64,000 nucleotides of DNA, from positions 20,162 to 84,161 of IMG/VR virus record IMGVR_UViG_3300019776_000583, one strand, 5' to 3'. Below the pieces are notes generated by a model. The model did no database searches and was not told the origin of the DNA. It was given only the letters and a program-made list of their open reading frames with translations. Below, piece after piece: positions 8,378 to 18,676 of the stretch (position 1 is its first letter; each line of letters opens with the position of its first letter). Made by a program: the position numbers and the translations under genes. Source of the DNA: a virus (taxonomy: Duplodnaviria; Heunggongvirae; Uroviricota; Caudoviricetes).

Positions 8378-10654
8378 ATGACCATCACCCTCGGCTTCGA
8401 CGCCCAGACCCCCGAGCAGATCAGTTTCTACTGCACCCCCACGCGCACGATCGCGGCCGACACGAAGGTCACCGTCGAGTACAAGCAGTCGGGCACATCG
8501 ACGTGGAAGACAGGCCACCCGTTGCTGCGAATCACGCCCTCGTACTCAGTGACGAGTGGGCCGGTCGCCCTGGTCGACTCCTGGGCCGGTGTGATCTTCG
8601 ATCTGACGCCAGGCACAACCTACGACGTGCGGCTCACGGTCATCGAGCCAGGGCAAGCCAACGTCGTCATCACCGGAACGCGAGCGACCCGGGCGCTGCC
8701 TGCTGCGGCTGGCGCGACGACCAAGACGGCGACCACTGCGGACAACCTGCAGACCAAGTTTGACTCGCTGCTGCCGGGTGACGTGTTGATGCTGGCGAAT
8801 GGTGTCTACGACTGGTCATCGCAGCCAATTCCGCTGCGCATGCAGGTTGCCGGAACGGAAGCGAACCCGATCTACATTCGTGGCACATCGAAGCTGGGCA
8901 CTGTCATCAAGCGCACCACCGGCTTCGTGACGCAGATGCTTGCCACGGGTAACGTCATCTTTGAAGACCTGACCATCGAAGGGTCGAGCAGTGACTCCGG
9001 CACTGACGCGCAAAGCATTGGCGTGAGCTTCTGGAACGGCGCACCCGGGCAGCCGAACTGCACCTTCCGCAGAATTCTTTTCAAAGGCCTTGACCAAGGG
9101 ATTATTTCGTTCGGAGGTGTCAACGGATGCTTGGTCTACGAGTGCGAGTTCCAGGGGAACAACCCGTGGTCGAAGAGCTACGAGATCAATCCCGCGTCGG
9201 ACATGTTCAATTACACATGGAACGACGACGGCATCTCGCTGCCGGGGTTGGGTAACGCCGCGTGGAACAACACGCTGAACGGTTTCGGCGACGCCTTTTC
9301 CGTGAAGCAGGAGGTCTTCTCTGCTGCGGTGTACTTCTACCGCAACCACGTCAAGATGACGGGCGACGACGCTTGCGAGGGGGATTACGCAACCCGCAAC
9401 TTCGGCTTCTACGACAACTACATCACCAACGCTGGAACGCTGTTCTCCAGCGACCCGATCTATGGTGGCCCGACCTACGTCTTCCGTAACATCGGCATCA
9501 ACATCTGGCGCGGCCCGTTCAAGCTGAACACCACGGGTGGCGGCTTGCTGATGTATTCCAACACCATCATCAAGACCAAGACGCCAGGCGAGAATGCCGG
9601 CTGGTATCTGTCTGGGAATGGTGGGGCCACGAACTTGCGCCAGTGGGCCTACGTCAACAACCTTCTGATCTATCGCGATGCTGGGGTGACGCCGACGATC
9701 TGGCTTGAGCAGGTTGGCAACACACCCATCGACTTCACGAACAACGGCTGGTTCCCAGACAACACCAGCGCCGCCACATTCAAGTGGAATGTCGGCGGGA
9801 ACTTTGGGACGGTCGCCGCAGCTGCCGCTGGAATTGCGGTCACCACCCCAGTGTTCGGCACTTCAGTTCGCCGGCACACAGGTGACGTGGCCGCAGTCAC
9901 GGACCCGTTCGCCACCGACATCGCGATCAGCTCCAACTACCAGACGGCATTTGTCGGCACCCCATCAGTCGCGCTGTCGACAGGCACCACGGTGTCTAAC
10001 GCGGGGGCCGTGATCCCTGGCATCACGGACGGCTTCAGCGGTGCTGCACCTGACATCGGCGCCGCGATCTCTGGCCGCGCCGCAATCACCTACGGCGTCT
10101 CATCGCCAACCGCGGGCACTGCGCCGACCATCACGGTCCAACCCTCCAGCCAGTCCGTGACCGCTGGCGCAACGGCGACGTTCTCGGTGGTGGCCACAGG
10201 GTCGTCGTTGACGTACCAGTGGCGCCTCAATGGCGCGAACATCAGCGGCGCCACTTCGAGCAGCTACACGACCGCGGCGACGGCCCTGTCCGATAGCGGG
10301 CGCGTCTACAGCGTTGTTGTGACGGGTGACACGGCACCGGCCGCGACATCGTCCAACGCCACCCTGACGGTCACGTCCGGAGGCGGTGGCGGTGGCGGCG
10401 CAGCCGGCACGATGACTCTCGGCCCGTTCGGGCTCAACACCGGCAGCGGCCCGCTGCTAGGGACTGCGGTCTCCTACACGCTGACGTCGGGCGAGGTTGG
10501 CTCCGCGAGCGGCACACCGATCAACGGCACCGGGACGCTCAACGCATCCACGGGCCTGCTGTCGATCACGGGCCTCTCCGCCGGCGTGTACTCGGTCCAG
10601 GTCAAGAACGCAGACGGCACGGGCCGCTGGCACGACGTGGTGACGGTGTCCTGA
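8378..10654 (+). CDS. Tailspike / tail-fibre protein with a right-handed beta-helix (pectate-lyase-like) domain and a C-terminal Ig-like domain
   Basis: Shine-Dalgarno AAGGAAAG. Many Asn/Gly-rich beta-helix rungs (NNTLNGFGDAF, YDNYITNAG, FRNIGINIW). Ig-like segment ITVQPSSQSVTAGATATFSV...YQWRLNG. Poly-Gly linker. Confidence 0.7.
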   Translation: MTITLGFDAQTPEQISFYCTPTRTIAADTKVTVEYKQSGTSTWKTGHPLLRITPSYSVTSGPVALVDSWAGVIFDLTPGTTYDVRLTVIEPGQANVVITGTRATRALPAAAGATTKTATTADNLQTKFDSLLPGDVLMLANGVYDWSSQPIPLRMQVAGTEANPIYIRGTSKLGTVIKRTTGFVTQMLATGNVIFEDLTIEGSSSDSGTDAQSIGVSFWNGAPGQPNCTFRRILFKGLDQGIISFGGVNGCLVYECEFQGNNPWSKSYEINPASDMFNYTWNDDGISLPGLGNAAWNNTLNGFGDAFSVKQEVFSAAVYFYRNHVKMTGDDACEGDYATRNFGFYDNYITNAGTLFSSDPIYGGPTYVFRNIGINIWRGPFKLNTTGGGLLMYSNTIIKTKTPGENAGWYLSGNGGATNLRQWAYVNNLLIYRDAGVTPTIWLEQVGNTPIDFTNNGWFPDNTSAATFKWNVGGNFGTVAAAAAGIAVTTPVFGTSVRRHTGDVAAVTDPFATDIAISSNYQTAFVGTPSVALSTGTTVSNAGAVIPGITDGFSGAAPDIGAAISGRAAITYGVSSPTAGTAPTITVQPSSQSVTAGATATFSVVATGSSLTYQWRLNGANISGATSSSYTTAATALSDSGRVYSVVVTGDTAPAATSSNATLTVTSGGGGGGGAAGTMTLGPFGLNTGSGPLLGTAVSYTLTSGEVGSASGTPINGTGTLNASTGLLSITGLSAGVYSVQVKNADGTGRWHDVVTVS

Positions 10655-11316
10655 TGCTGCGCAACATGCGTGAGACGGCGGGCGGGCGGGCCATCCTTGG
10701 CACGCAGTACGTCGGCCTGCTTGGGTCTCAGATCCTCGCCGCCACGGCCACCGGGACCAACGGGCCTGGCGCCATGTACAACGACGGCCTGGTGTCGAGC
10801 AAGCGGTATCGCATGCTGCTGGCCAACCCGTCCGCGTTCCCTGGAGTGGTCTACGAAGACGGCAGCTTCATGGCCTCAGCTGCGGTTTCGACGACCTACC
10901 GGTTGTACGAAGACAACGTCCTCGTTGCGCAGTCGGGGGGTGGGTTCGATATCCCGTTCGTTGTGACGATCGGAGCCTCAGCCGCTCGAGTCGCGGATCC
11001 CACCATCACCATCAGTCGCGGAGAGTGGGGCCTCTGGGCCTACAGATTCCGCAAGCAGCCGCGCGAGGTGCGCGACATCATCATCGAGATGGCGCCATGG
11101 TTTGCGGGAAGGGCCGACAACCCTATGGCAGTTCAGTGCCTTGCTCCGAGCGGCGTATCGGTGTCGGCCTCTCTGTCGGGGACCCGCATCTCAGTCTCTA
11201 TCGGCGGCGGGATTGACGGGTCCATCTACAACATCCCGATCCTGCTGACCACCGACTCGAACCCAGCCAGCGTGCGCGAGTTCGACCTGATTGCCCTGGT
11301 TCAAGAGGTTCAGTGA
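10654..11316 (+). CDS. Hypothetical tail-associated protein (220 aa)
   Basis: ATGA overlap with the tailspike stop. GC3 bias. Confidence 0.55.
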   Translation: MLRNMRETAGGRAILGTQYVGLLGSQILAATATGTNGPGAMYNDGLVSSKRYRMLLANPSAFPGVVYEDGSFMASAAVSTTYRLYEDNVLVAQSGGGFDIPFVVTIGASAARVADPTITISRGEWGLWAYRFRKQPREVRDIIIEMAPWFAGRADNPMAVQCLAPSGVSVSASLSGTRISVSIGGGIDGSIYNIPILLTTDSNPASVREFDLIALVQEVQ

Positions 11317-13775
11317 GCATGATCGAGAACGACGAATACACCGTTGCGGCAGCCCTTGTGTTCGAGGAGCAGCCGCAACCTCAGGACGACCAGGCCGCGC
11401 TGCTGCAGGGCCTCGGCTCGACGCTGCTTGAGGAGTTCAAGCGCGCCGAGTCCGATCGCATGCTGACCGAGCAGCGCTGGCTGAGAGACCTGCGTCAGTA
11501 CCGCGGCCAGTACGACCCCGACGTCGAATCGAAGATCGGCAAGGCTAGGTCTCGCGCATTCGTGCGCAAGACTCGCGTCAAGATCAAGACCATTGACTCG
11601 CGCGTCGCGGACCTGCTGTTCCCGACCGGAGCCAATAAGAACTGGGCGATTGAGGAGACTCCGAAGCCCACCATCTCCCCCGAGCAGAAGGCGCTGATCG
11701 TCCAGTCGTTCAAGCAGCAGGCCCTGCAAGGCCTTCAGCAGCAGGCCCAACAGATGCTGCAGGAGGCGGTTCAGAGCGGAGTCCCCGAGGCTGAAGCCAA
11801 GGCCCAGATCGAGCAGCAGATGGCCGCCCAGATGCGGCAGGCCCAGGCCGACCCGCCGATCCAGGAGATCGAGAAGCTCGCCAAGAAGGCCGCCAAGGAT
11901 GCCGCGGCGCGCATGAGCGAAGTCATCGAGGACCAGTTGGTCGAGGCGCGCTACAAGCAGGTCGCCCTGAAGACCATCCACAGCGGCCACCTGTACGGCG
12001 CCGGCATCCTGAAGGGTCCTCTGGTCGATCGACGCATCAGGACGCGATTCGTCAAGGAGAATGGCAAGTGGGTCTCCAAGACGGAGACCTACGTCATTCC
12101 GTTCATCGACTTTGTTCCGCTGTGGCGCTTCTATCCAGACATGAGCGCGACCGAGATGTCGGCCTGCCGCTTCGCGTACGAGCGCCACACGATGACCCGC
12201 CACGAGATGAGCGGCCTGGCGGAGCGCAAGTCCTTCGCGCGCGGCCGCGAGAAGATCATCGAGTGGATCAAAGCGAACCCGAAGGGCCACGCCACGCCGC
12301 GCTACTGGGACAACGAGCTGCGCAACATTGGCGAGCGCGACGGCGTCCAGGGCGACCCGGGCGGCACGTACGAGGTGCTCGAGAGGTGGGGTTGGCTCAA
12401 TGGCGAGCAGCTGTCGGCGGCCGGCGTCAACGTCCCCGAAGACCGGATGCACGAGGCGTTCTTCAGCAACGTCTGGATGCTCCCCAACGGCACCGTCATC
12501 AAGGTCGCCCTGCAGCAGATCGACGGCGTCACATGGCCGTACTTCATCTACTACTTCGACAAGGACGAGTCGACGATCTTCCCCGAGGGCCTGGCTTCGA
12601 TCATGCGCGACGACCAGGAGATGCTCAACGCGGCCACTCGGATCATGATCGACAACGCCGCCATCACGAGTGGCGGCCAGCTCGAGGTCACACCGCACCT
12701 GTTGAGCAAGGTCGAGAACGTCGACGAGATCATCCCCTGGAAGGTCTGGCTCCGGAACAACCAGAGCCCCGGGTCTCCCGCTATCCGAGAGATCCGATTC
12801 GGGTCGAACATCGGCGAGCTCTCGCAGATGGCGGCCATGTTCGAGAACAACGCCGACGAGACCACCGCGATCCCGCGCTACATGAGCGGTGAGAACGCGA
12901 CCAACGGGGCCGCCGGCACGAGCTCCGGGCTGTCGATGCTGATGGGCGCCGTCAACATCGTCACCAAGGACTTGATCACCTCGTACGACGAGGGGATCAC
13001 GGTCGGCTTCATCCGTGGCACCTACCACTGGAACATGAAGTTCAACCCCGACGACACGATCAAAGGGGACTACGACGTCAAGGCCACGGGCAGCGCGAGC
13101 CTGGTGGCAAAGGAGGTCCGAGCCCGAGCCCTGAACGAGTTCGCTCAGATGACGGCCAACCCGCTGGACGACCCATGGATCAAGCGCGGCGTGCTGAACA
13201 AGCTGCGCGCCGAGGCCAACGAGCTGGTCGACTGCGTGAAGACTCAGGAGGAGTTCGATGCGGAGCAGAACAGCCCGCAGAACATCGCCAACATGCAGCT
13301 GCAGCAGCAGATGGTGGTCGCGCAGCTTCAGGAGCTGATGGCGAAGATCCAGAAGACTGCTGCCGACACCGAGAAGGCCATGGCCAGTGTGAAGCTACTC
13401 GACGCCCAGGCCGTCAGCGCCAAGGTGTCGACCGCCTACGCTGCGCTGCAGGCCGGCGGTGTGGCCACGAGCCAGCCGACGATCGCGCCCGCAGGCGACG
13501 AGATCCTGCGCTCGGCCGGGTGGCAGGACGCAACGCCCGACCCATCGATCGCGCAGCTCAACGGGCCGCCGGTCCAGGAGCGGCAGGGCACCGCGACGAA
13601 GATGGGCTCAGGCCAGTCGTTCGCCGTCGAGCCGCGCGGCGACACTGACCCAATGACGCCGCAGGATCCAAATGCGGCCCAGCCGCAACAGCAGCCAACC
13701 GACGCCGCCCCGCAGCCAGCGACCGGCATGGATGGTGTCAACGGCGGTATCGAGACGCAAAGGATTGAGCCTTGA
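11313..13775 (+). CDS. Portal (head-to-tail connector) protein, podovirus type
   Basis: 820 aa and positioned immediately before scaffold and major capsid genes. The Gln-rich C-terminal tail (MQLQQQMVVAQLQELMAKIQ) resembles the T7 gp8 C-terminus. ATGA overlap with the upstream gene. Confidence 0.7.
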   Translation: MSMIENDEYTVAAALVFEEQPQPQDDQAALLQGLGSTLLEEFKRAESDRMLTEQRWLRDLRQYRGQYDPDVESKIGKARSRAFVRKTRVKIKTIDSRVADLLFPTGANKNWAIEETPKPTISPEQKALIVQSFKQQALQGLQQQAQQMLQEAVQSGVPEAEAKAQIEQQMAAQMRQAQADPPIQEIEKLAKKAAKDAAARMSEVIEDQLVEARYKQVALKTIHSGHLYGAGILKGPLVDRRIRTRFVKENGKWVSKTETYVIPFIDFVPLWRFYPDMSATEMSACRFAYERHTMTRHEMSGLAERKSFARGREKIIEWIKANPKGHATPRYWDNELRNIGERDGVQGDPGGTYEVLERWGWLNGEQLSAAGVNVPEDRMHEAFFSNVWMLPNGTVIKVALQQIDGVTWPYFIYYFDKDESTIFPEGLASIMRDDQEMLNAATRIMIDNAAITSGGQLEVTPHLLSKVENVDEIIPWKVWLRNNQSPGSPAIREIRFGSNIGELSQMAAMFENNADETTAIPRYMSGENATNGAAGTSSGLSMLMGAVNIVTKDLITSYDEGITVGFIRGTYHWNMKFNPDDTIKGDYDVKATGSASLVAKEVRARALNEFAQMTANPLDDPWIKRGVLNKLRAEANELVDCVKTQEEFDAEQNSPQNIANMQLQQQMVVAQLQELMAKIQKTAADTEKAMASVKLLDAQAVSAKVSTAYAALQAGGVATSQPTIAPAGDEILRSAGWQDATPDPSIAQLNGPPVQERQGTATKMGSGQSFAVEPRGDTDPMTPQDPNAAQPQQQPTDAAPQPATGMDGVNGGIETQRIEP

Positions 13776-14011
13776 TCGTATTGAATCTCGACGAGCAGAT
13801 CAGGGCCTCAACGCAAGTCCTGCGAGCGCACCGCGAGACCGACTCGATGATCCACGTTCTCGGGTTGTTGGACTTGCTCGATCGCTCCTATAAGGAGCAA
13901 CTCGCCGATGTTGCGGCTGCGGATCTCGCGAAGGTCCAGGGAGCGCTGAAGCAGGTCACAAGCCTGCGTGATGCGATCTTTGGTCCCGAGGGCTTGATTC
14001 CGCGACTGTGA
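13772..14011 (+). CDS. Small hypothetical protein (79 aa)
   Basis: TTG start overlaps the portal stop. Moderate GC3 bias. Confidence 0.35.
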   Translation: MIVLNLDEQIRASTQVLRAHRETDSMIHVLGLLDLLDRSYKEQLADVAAADLAKVQGALKQVTSLRDAIFGPEGLIPRL

Positions 14012-14040
14012 GGGGGCCGCCATCCGGCGCGAGAGGACAC

Positions 14041-14976
14041 ATGGAAACTGAAGACCAAGACGCAGAAGCTGAGTTCGCCAGCGCCTTCAATGAAGACGAG
14101 ATGGCGGAGCAGTCCACCGAGGGCGAGAGCCAGGTCGCCGACAGCGATGTCGCGGGCGATGCCGGCCAGAACGGTGGCGGTCAGCCCGCGTCCGATGGCG
14201 TCGCGGTGGCGCTCAACACCGAAGCTCCGGCCGCGGCCGAGGAGTCAGCTTCCGACATCGACAAGGAGCGACAGCGGCTCAAGTCCTGGGAGGGTCGACT
14301 GAAGGCCCGAGAGGCCGAGATCGAGTCCAAGGCTCAGCAGTCGCAGCAAGGCGAAGAGCAGGGCGAAGAGGCGGCCGATGCGCTCGAGAGCGTGGCCGAG
14401 GCGGCCCAGGCCAAGGGGTCCACCGAGATGGCGCAGGCGGCGAACGCCGCGGCAGAGGCCATCGAGGCCGGAGAGATCTCCCCCGAGGATGCTGTCGCCC
14501 AGCTGTCGGAGGACTTCGGCGAAGAGTTCATCAAGATGATCAAGGCGATCGTGGTTGCGACGACCAAGAAGGAAGTCGAACCCGTTGCCCGAACCGTTGA
14601 CGACGTCGTGTCGTCGCTCCACAGCAAGGAGGAGAGGGCCCACTTCAAGGCCATCGCCGACAAGCACCCCGACTTCAGCGAGATCGGCAAGTCCGACTCG
14701 TTCAAGAGCTTCATTCAGGGCCTGCCCGATGACGTTCGCGGCGACGCCGAGAACGTGGCAAAGGGCGGCTCTGCTGAAGATGTAATCGCCCTGCTGGATG
14801 CGTTCAAAGAATCGCAGTCGCCGGCCAATTCGAGCGCGCAGCCCTCTGCTGAGGACACTGGTGGCGCCGAGTCTGGAATGGAGGACCTCGAGGGAGTTCG
14901 CAGCGGCGGGGTGAGGTTGCCCGAGAAGCCCAGCCCGAGCCAGGAAGACTACGCCGGGGCCTGGGACCAATTCTGA
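14041..14976 (+). CDS. Scaffolding protein candidate (acidic, Ala/Glu-rich, 311 aa)
   Basis: Lies between portal and major capsid genes. GAGAGGA Shine-Dalgarno before the ATG. Very acidic and helical composition. Confidence 0.55.
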   Translation: METEDQDAEAEFASAFNEDEMAEQSTEGESQVADSDVAGDAGQNGGGQPASDGVAVALNTEAPAAAEESASDIDKERQRLKSWEGRLKAREAEIESKAQQSQQGEEQGEEAADALESVAEAAQAKGSTEMAQAANAAAEAIEAGEISPEDAVAQLSEDFGEEFIKMIKAIVVATTKKEVEPVARTVDDVVSSLHSKEERAHFKAIADKHPDFSEIGKSDSFKSFIQGLPDDVRGDAENVAKGGSAEDVIALLDAFKESQSPANSSAQPSAEDTGGAESGMEDLEGVRSGGVRLPEKPSPSQEDYAGAWDQF

Positions 14977-15201
14977 CTGCCTGAAGGGGCCACGACTGCC
15001 CTCACAGCCGCTGTAGCAAGGTGCAGCGGATACCAAACACCTTGCAACCTGGAGTTGGACGCACGTCGAGTGCGGCTGGACGCGGGATACGCCTGACGGC
15101 GCCCCGAGCACGTTCACCTTGGCCATAGCCGACAGAAAGTCAGCTCCTTTCGTGACCGCAATTCCGCGGTTGTGGTGAATGCCAAATCGAAAGGAAACAT
15201 C

Positions 15202-16185
15202 ATGGCATCGACTGTTTATGGCGACATCAGCCCGCGTACCGCGGCCTACGCCGAGAAAGAGCTGCTCAAGCGCGGCCTCCCGTTCCTGGTTCTCGAGAAG
15301 TTCGGTCAGAGCAAGCCTCTGCCCAGCAACTCCACCCGGGTGATGAAGTTCCGGCGCTACAACGCGCTGCCCAACACCCCGGTCACCCTGGGTGAAGGCG
15401 TGACCCCCACCTCGACCAACCTGTCCGTGACCGACGTGACCGCCACGCTGCAGCAGTACGGCAGCCTGACGACCATCAGCGACGTCATCCTGGACACCCA
15501 CGAGGACCCGACGCTGCAAGAAGCCGTCGCCCTGCTGGGTGAGCAGGCGGCCCAGATGATCGAGAAGATGCGCTATGGCGTCCTGCGCGCAGGCACCAAC
15601 GTGATCTTCGCCAACGGCGCGACCCGCGGCGCGGTGAACACCGCGATCACCCTGACGCTGCAGCGCCGCGCGACGCGCGCCCTGAAGCGGCAGAACGCCC
15701 GCTTCATCACCAGCGTCATTCGCTCGACCCCGAACTGGGGCACCGAGAACGTGGCTCCGGGCTTCGTCGCGCTGATCCACACGGACTGCGAGGCCGACGT
15801 GCGAGGCCTGAGCGGCTTCGTGCCGGCCGAGAAGTATGGCTCGATGACCCCCTGGGAAAACGAGCTGGGCAAGGTCGAGGACGTGCGCTACGTCAGCTCG
15901 ACGATCTTCGAGCCCTTCATCAACGCCGGCGGCGCGGCCGGCACGATGCTCTCGAGCGGCGGCAGCAATGCTGACGTGTACCCGGTGCTGTTCCTGGCCA
16001 AGGACGCCTACGCCACCATCGCGCTGAAGGGCATGTACGCCCTGACGCCGATGGTCGTGAACCCCAAGCCCAGCGACAGCGACCCCCTGGCCCAGCGCGG
16101 CCACGTCAGCTGGAAGGCGTACCAGACCTGCGTGATCCTGAACGATGCGTTCATGATCCGCGGCGAGGTGGCTGCCACCGCCTGA
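15202..16185 (+). CDS. Major capsid protein (HK97-fold, N4 / epsilon15-like family)
   Basis: AAAGGAAAC Shine-Dalgarno and ATG. FRRYNALPNTPVTLGEGVTPTS motif typical of podophage major capsid proteins. Length of about 330 aa. Position after the scaffold gene. Strong hairpin terminator immediately downstream. Confidence 0.75.
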   Translation: MASTVYGDISPRTAAYAEKELLKRGLPFLVLEKFGQSKPLPSNSTRVMKFRRYNALPNTPVTLGEGVTPTSTNLSVTDVTATLQQYGSLTTISDVILDTHEDPTLQEAVALLGEQAAQMIEKMRYGVLRAGTNVIFANGATRGAVNTAITLTLQRRATRALKRQNARFITSVIRSTPNWGTENVAPGFVALIHTDCEADVRGLSGFVPAEKYGSMTPWENELGKVEDVRYVSSTIFEPFINAGGAAGTMLSSGGSNADVYPVLFLAKDAYATIALKGMYALTPMVVNPKPSDSDPLAQRGHVSWKAYQTCVILNDAFMIRGEVAATA

Positions 16186-16190
16186 TGAAG

Positions 16191-16217
16191 TGAAGGAGGG
16201 GGAGTGATCCCCCTCCT
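16191..16217 (+). terminator. Intrinsic-terminator-like or attenuator hairpin directly after the major capsid gene
   Basis: GGAGGGGGA / TCCCCCTCC form a perfect 9-bp GC-rich stem with a 6-nt loop (AGTGAT) immediately after the stop codon. Confidence 0.5.
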
Positions 16218-16247
16218 CGCCATCTCAACACGACACAAGGAAAAATC

Positions 16248-16793
16248 ATGTCCCGTCTCGACGACATTTTCAGCGGCCCCGTCCGCAAGGCCCTCGCTGC
16301 CACCACGACCAGCGCGCACGTTCTGGCCGCCACCGGCGGCGCCACTGCAACCGTGGCCACCACGGGCGCCGTGGTTTCCCAGATCGACGGCATCACGCGC
16401 TCCCGCGCAGCCCTTGCCGCCCAGTCGCTGCAACCCACGCACGACATCTTCGGCAACGCCAACTCGGCCGCCTACGCGGTGCCGATCGGTAGCACCGTCT
16501 ACACGGTGCTGGGCGTCAACGCTGCCGGCACCATCGCGGTGGTGCAGGGCACGTTCGCCGGCCAGAACCTGGTTCCCTCGGCCACCGCCGGCCTGGGCGC
16601 CTTGTCCAATGCCGGCACGTCCTTCGTGGGCGATGGCTCGATCCCGAGCCTGCCCGACGGCTTCGCGCCGCTGGGCCTGGTGAAGTCCGTGGCGACGTCC
16701 GCCACGTTCACCCCTGGCACCACGCTGCTGAACGCGGCTGGCGTCACCCACACGTTCTTCGACATCGGCCTGATCCCTTCGATCAAGCCGTAA
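16248..16793 (+). CDS. Hypothetical virion protein, possibly capsid decoration (181 aa, Ala/Thr/Gly-rich)
   Basis: AAGGAAAAA Shine-Dalgarno. Flanked by hairpins on both sides. Confidence 0.55.
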   Translation: MSRLDDIFSGPVRKALAATTTSAHVLAATGGATATVATTGAVVSQIDGITRSRAALAAQSLQPTHDIFGNANSAAYAVPIGSTVYTVLGVNAAGTIAVVQGTFAGQNLVPSATAGLGALSNAGTSFVGDGSIPSLPDGFAPLGLVKSVATSATFTPGTTLLNAAGVTHTFFDIGLIPSIKP

Positions 16794-16809
16794 TCGGCGC
16801 GTGGTAGGT

Positions 16810-16845
16810 GGGGCCGCTTCGGTGGCCCCGCCATGTTCTTGTTTC
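16810..16845 (+). terminator. Rho-independent terminator
   Basis: GGGGCC-GCTTCGGT-GGCCCC hairpin followed by the T-rich tract GCCATGTTCTTGTTTC. Confidence 0.55.
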
Positions 16846-16862
16846 ATCTGTGAGGTCCATTC

Positions 16863-17234
16863 ATGTCTGCAAACTCCCAGGTCTCGACCCTCGAGTCCAC
16901 CAAGCCGGCCGCCGCTGCGGTCGCCAAGGCCGCCATCAAGCCGACGGCCGTCAAATCCAACGGCCATGACGTCGCTCTGAGCGGCAAGAAGGCAACCCTG
17001 ACCATCCACCCCTCCGAGGGCATCGGCGGCGAAGACGCCGTGCTGGTTGGCGTCAACGGCTTCATGTACCAGATCCCCCGCAGCGAGCCGCAGGAGATCC
17101 CGGTCGAGGCCCTGGCCATCCTGGAGAACTCCGTCGGCGTCCACCTGTCGACCGGCAAGGGCGCCGAGGTCACCGAGCGTCGCGTGCCGCGCTTCGCCTA
17201 CACCGTCCACTCCGTCGACAAGCTCGACGCCTGA
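16863..17234 (+). CDS. Hypothetical structural protein (123 aa)
   Basis: GTGAGG Shine-Dalgarno. GC3 bias. Confidence 0.55.
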   Translation: MSANSQVSTLESTKPAAAAVAKAAIKPTAVKSNGHDVALSGKKATLTIHPSEGIGGEDAVLVGVNGFMYQIPRSEPQEIPVEALAILENSVGVHLSTGKGAEVTERRVPRFAYTVHSVDKLDA

Positions 17235-17245
17235 AGGAGGCCTGA

Positions 17246-18037
17246 ATGGGCACCACCCTCATCCGCGACGTTTTCTACCGAGCGTCCTCGCAGCTCAACG
17301 ACCTGAGCCCGCAGTTCACTCGGTGGAAGCAGCGCGAGCTGGTGGATGCCTGCAACGACGGGCAGCGGGCTGTTGCGAAGTACATCCCATCCAGCTCAGC
17401 CCGGGTCGACTCCGTCAAGTTGCAGGCCGGCAGCAAGCAATCGATCGAGCGCATCCTGGCGGCCAGCATCCTGCCTGGCGACGGATCACCCGCGGCCGAC
17501 GTCAACGGCACCTACTTCCAGACCGCCATCCGAAACATGGGTGCCAATGGCTCGACGCCAGGCTCCGTGATTCGCGTGATCGATCGAGAGGTCCTGGACA
17601 CCACTACGCCTGACTGGCACATCGCGGCTGCCGGCACCTACGCCGGCGTGCGCGGCGTGGTCTTCGACCCCCGCTATCCGAAGGTCTTCTACGCATGGCC
17701 CCCGCTGCCGGCCGCGACCAACTGGTGGATCGAGCAGTCGATGCTGGCTGACCCCGTGCTGATCCCTCAGGCTGCGGAGGGAACCTACGGGTGGGAGGGA
17801 TCGAGCACCACGTCGATCTCGATCGATGACAAGTACGTCGACGACCTGGTGAACTACATCATGGCGCGCGCGTTCATGAAGGACGCCGAGTGGGCCGCCA
17901 ACCCGGCCATGGCTCAGAACTACACGAGCCTCTTCGTGGGTAGCGTCAACGCCCAAGTGACCGCGCTGACAGGCGTCAACCCGAACCTGCAGTCGCTGCC
18001 GTTCAATCCCAACGTCCCGGCCAAGTCGGCGCGATGA
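17246..18037 (+). CDS. Hypothetical structural protein (263 aa)
   Basis: AAGGAGG Shine-Dalgarno. Confidence 0.55.
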   Translation: MGTTLIRDVFYRASSQLNDLSPQFTRWKQRELVDACNDGQRAVAKYIPSSSARVDSVKLQAGSKQSIERILAASILPGDGSPAADVNGTYFQTAIRNMGANGSTPGSVIRVIDREVLDTTTPDWHIAAAGTYAGVRGVVFDPRYPKVFYAWPPLPAATNWWIEQSMLADPVLIPQAAEGTYGWEGSSTTSISIDDKYVDDLVNYIMARAFMKDAEWAANPAMAQNYTSLFVGSVNAQVTALTGVNPNLQSLPFNPNVPAKSAR

Positions 18038-18675
18038 CCCCATCGCAGCTGTACTCGCGCATCCTGCCATTCGTGCCAGGATGCCCGGAGCCGACTGTGG
18101 ATCAGGCGGTGATGGACGCCGTCATCGAGTTCGCGGATCGGACCCAGGCGATCTTCACGACCAGCACGCCCGTCCCATTGGTGGACGGGCGGTCGACCTA
18201 CTACGTCTTCGGCGACTACGGCCTCGAGCCCGACCTGATCCGCGGCGTCTATGTTGGCCCGAGAGAACTGACTCATGCCACCCAAAGCCGGCTTCACGAC
18301 CTCATACCGTCCTGGCAGACGGCAGAGTCGAGTGAGCCGACCGTGTACACCACGTTCGAAGAATCCGGATCGATCACCGTCTACCCGAAGCCGCGCAACG
18401 TGAATGGCGGGGCGCTGACGATCGTCGCCACATGGTCCCCCGGCCTTGATGCAACGTCGTTCCCAGACGAGTTGGGCCGCCGCTACTTCAGGGACCTTGC
18501 CGAGGGCGCCAAAGCAAGGCTGATGATGATGCCCGACAGGAAGTGGACCAACCCACAGCTCGGGGCGATCTGCCAAGGCAAGTTCGACTCTGGCATTTCA
18601 GACGCCAGGATCGAGGCCATCCACGCAAAGGGGGCTGGATCCATCGTCGTCAGGCAGCGGCAATTCGGGAGCTGA
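18034..18675 (+). CDS. Hypothetical structural protein (213 aa), possible head-tail adaptor
   Basis: ATGA start/stop overlap with the upstream gene. Position in the structural module. Confidence 0.5.
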   Translation: MTPSQLYSRILPFVPGCPEPTVDQAVMDAVIEFADRTQAIFTTSTPVPLVDGRSTYYVFGDYGLEPDLIRGVYVGPRELTHATQSRLHDLIPSWQTAESSEPTVYTTFEESGSITVYPKPRNVNGGALTIVATWSPGLDATSFPDELGRRYFRDLAEGAKARLMMMPDRKWTNPQLGAICQGKFDSGISDARIEAIHAKGAGSIVVRQRQFGS

Positions 18676-18676
18676 C

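Noticed and set aside
11310-13028. 572-aa minus-strand ORF
   Set aside because: It is antisense to the portal gene. It has no Shine-Dalgarno and implausible composition. The portal frame has strong GC3 bias.
14245-16104. 619-aa minus-strand ORF
   Set aside because: It is antisense to the scaffold and major capsid genes. The capsid frame has a conserved motif and an RBS.
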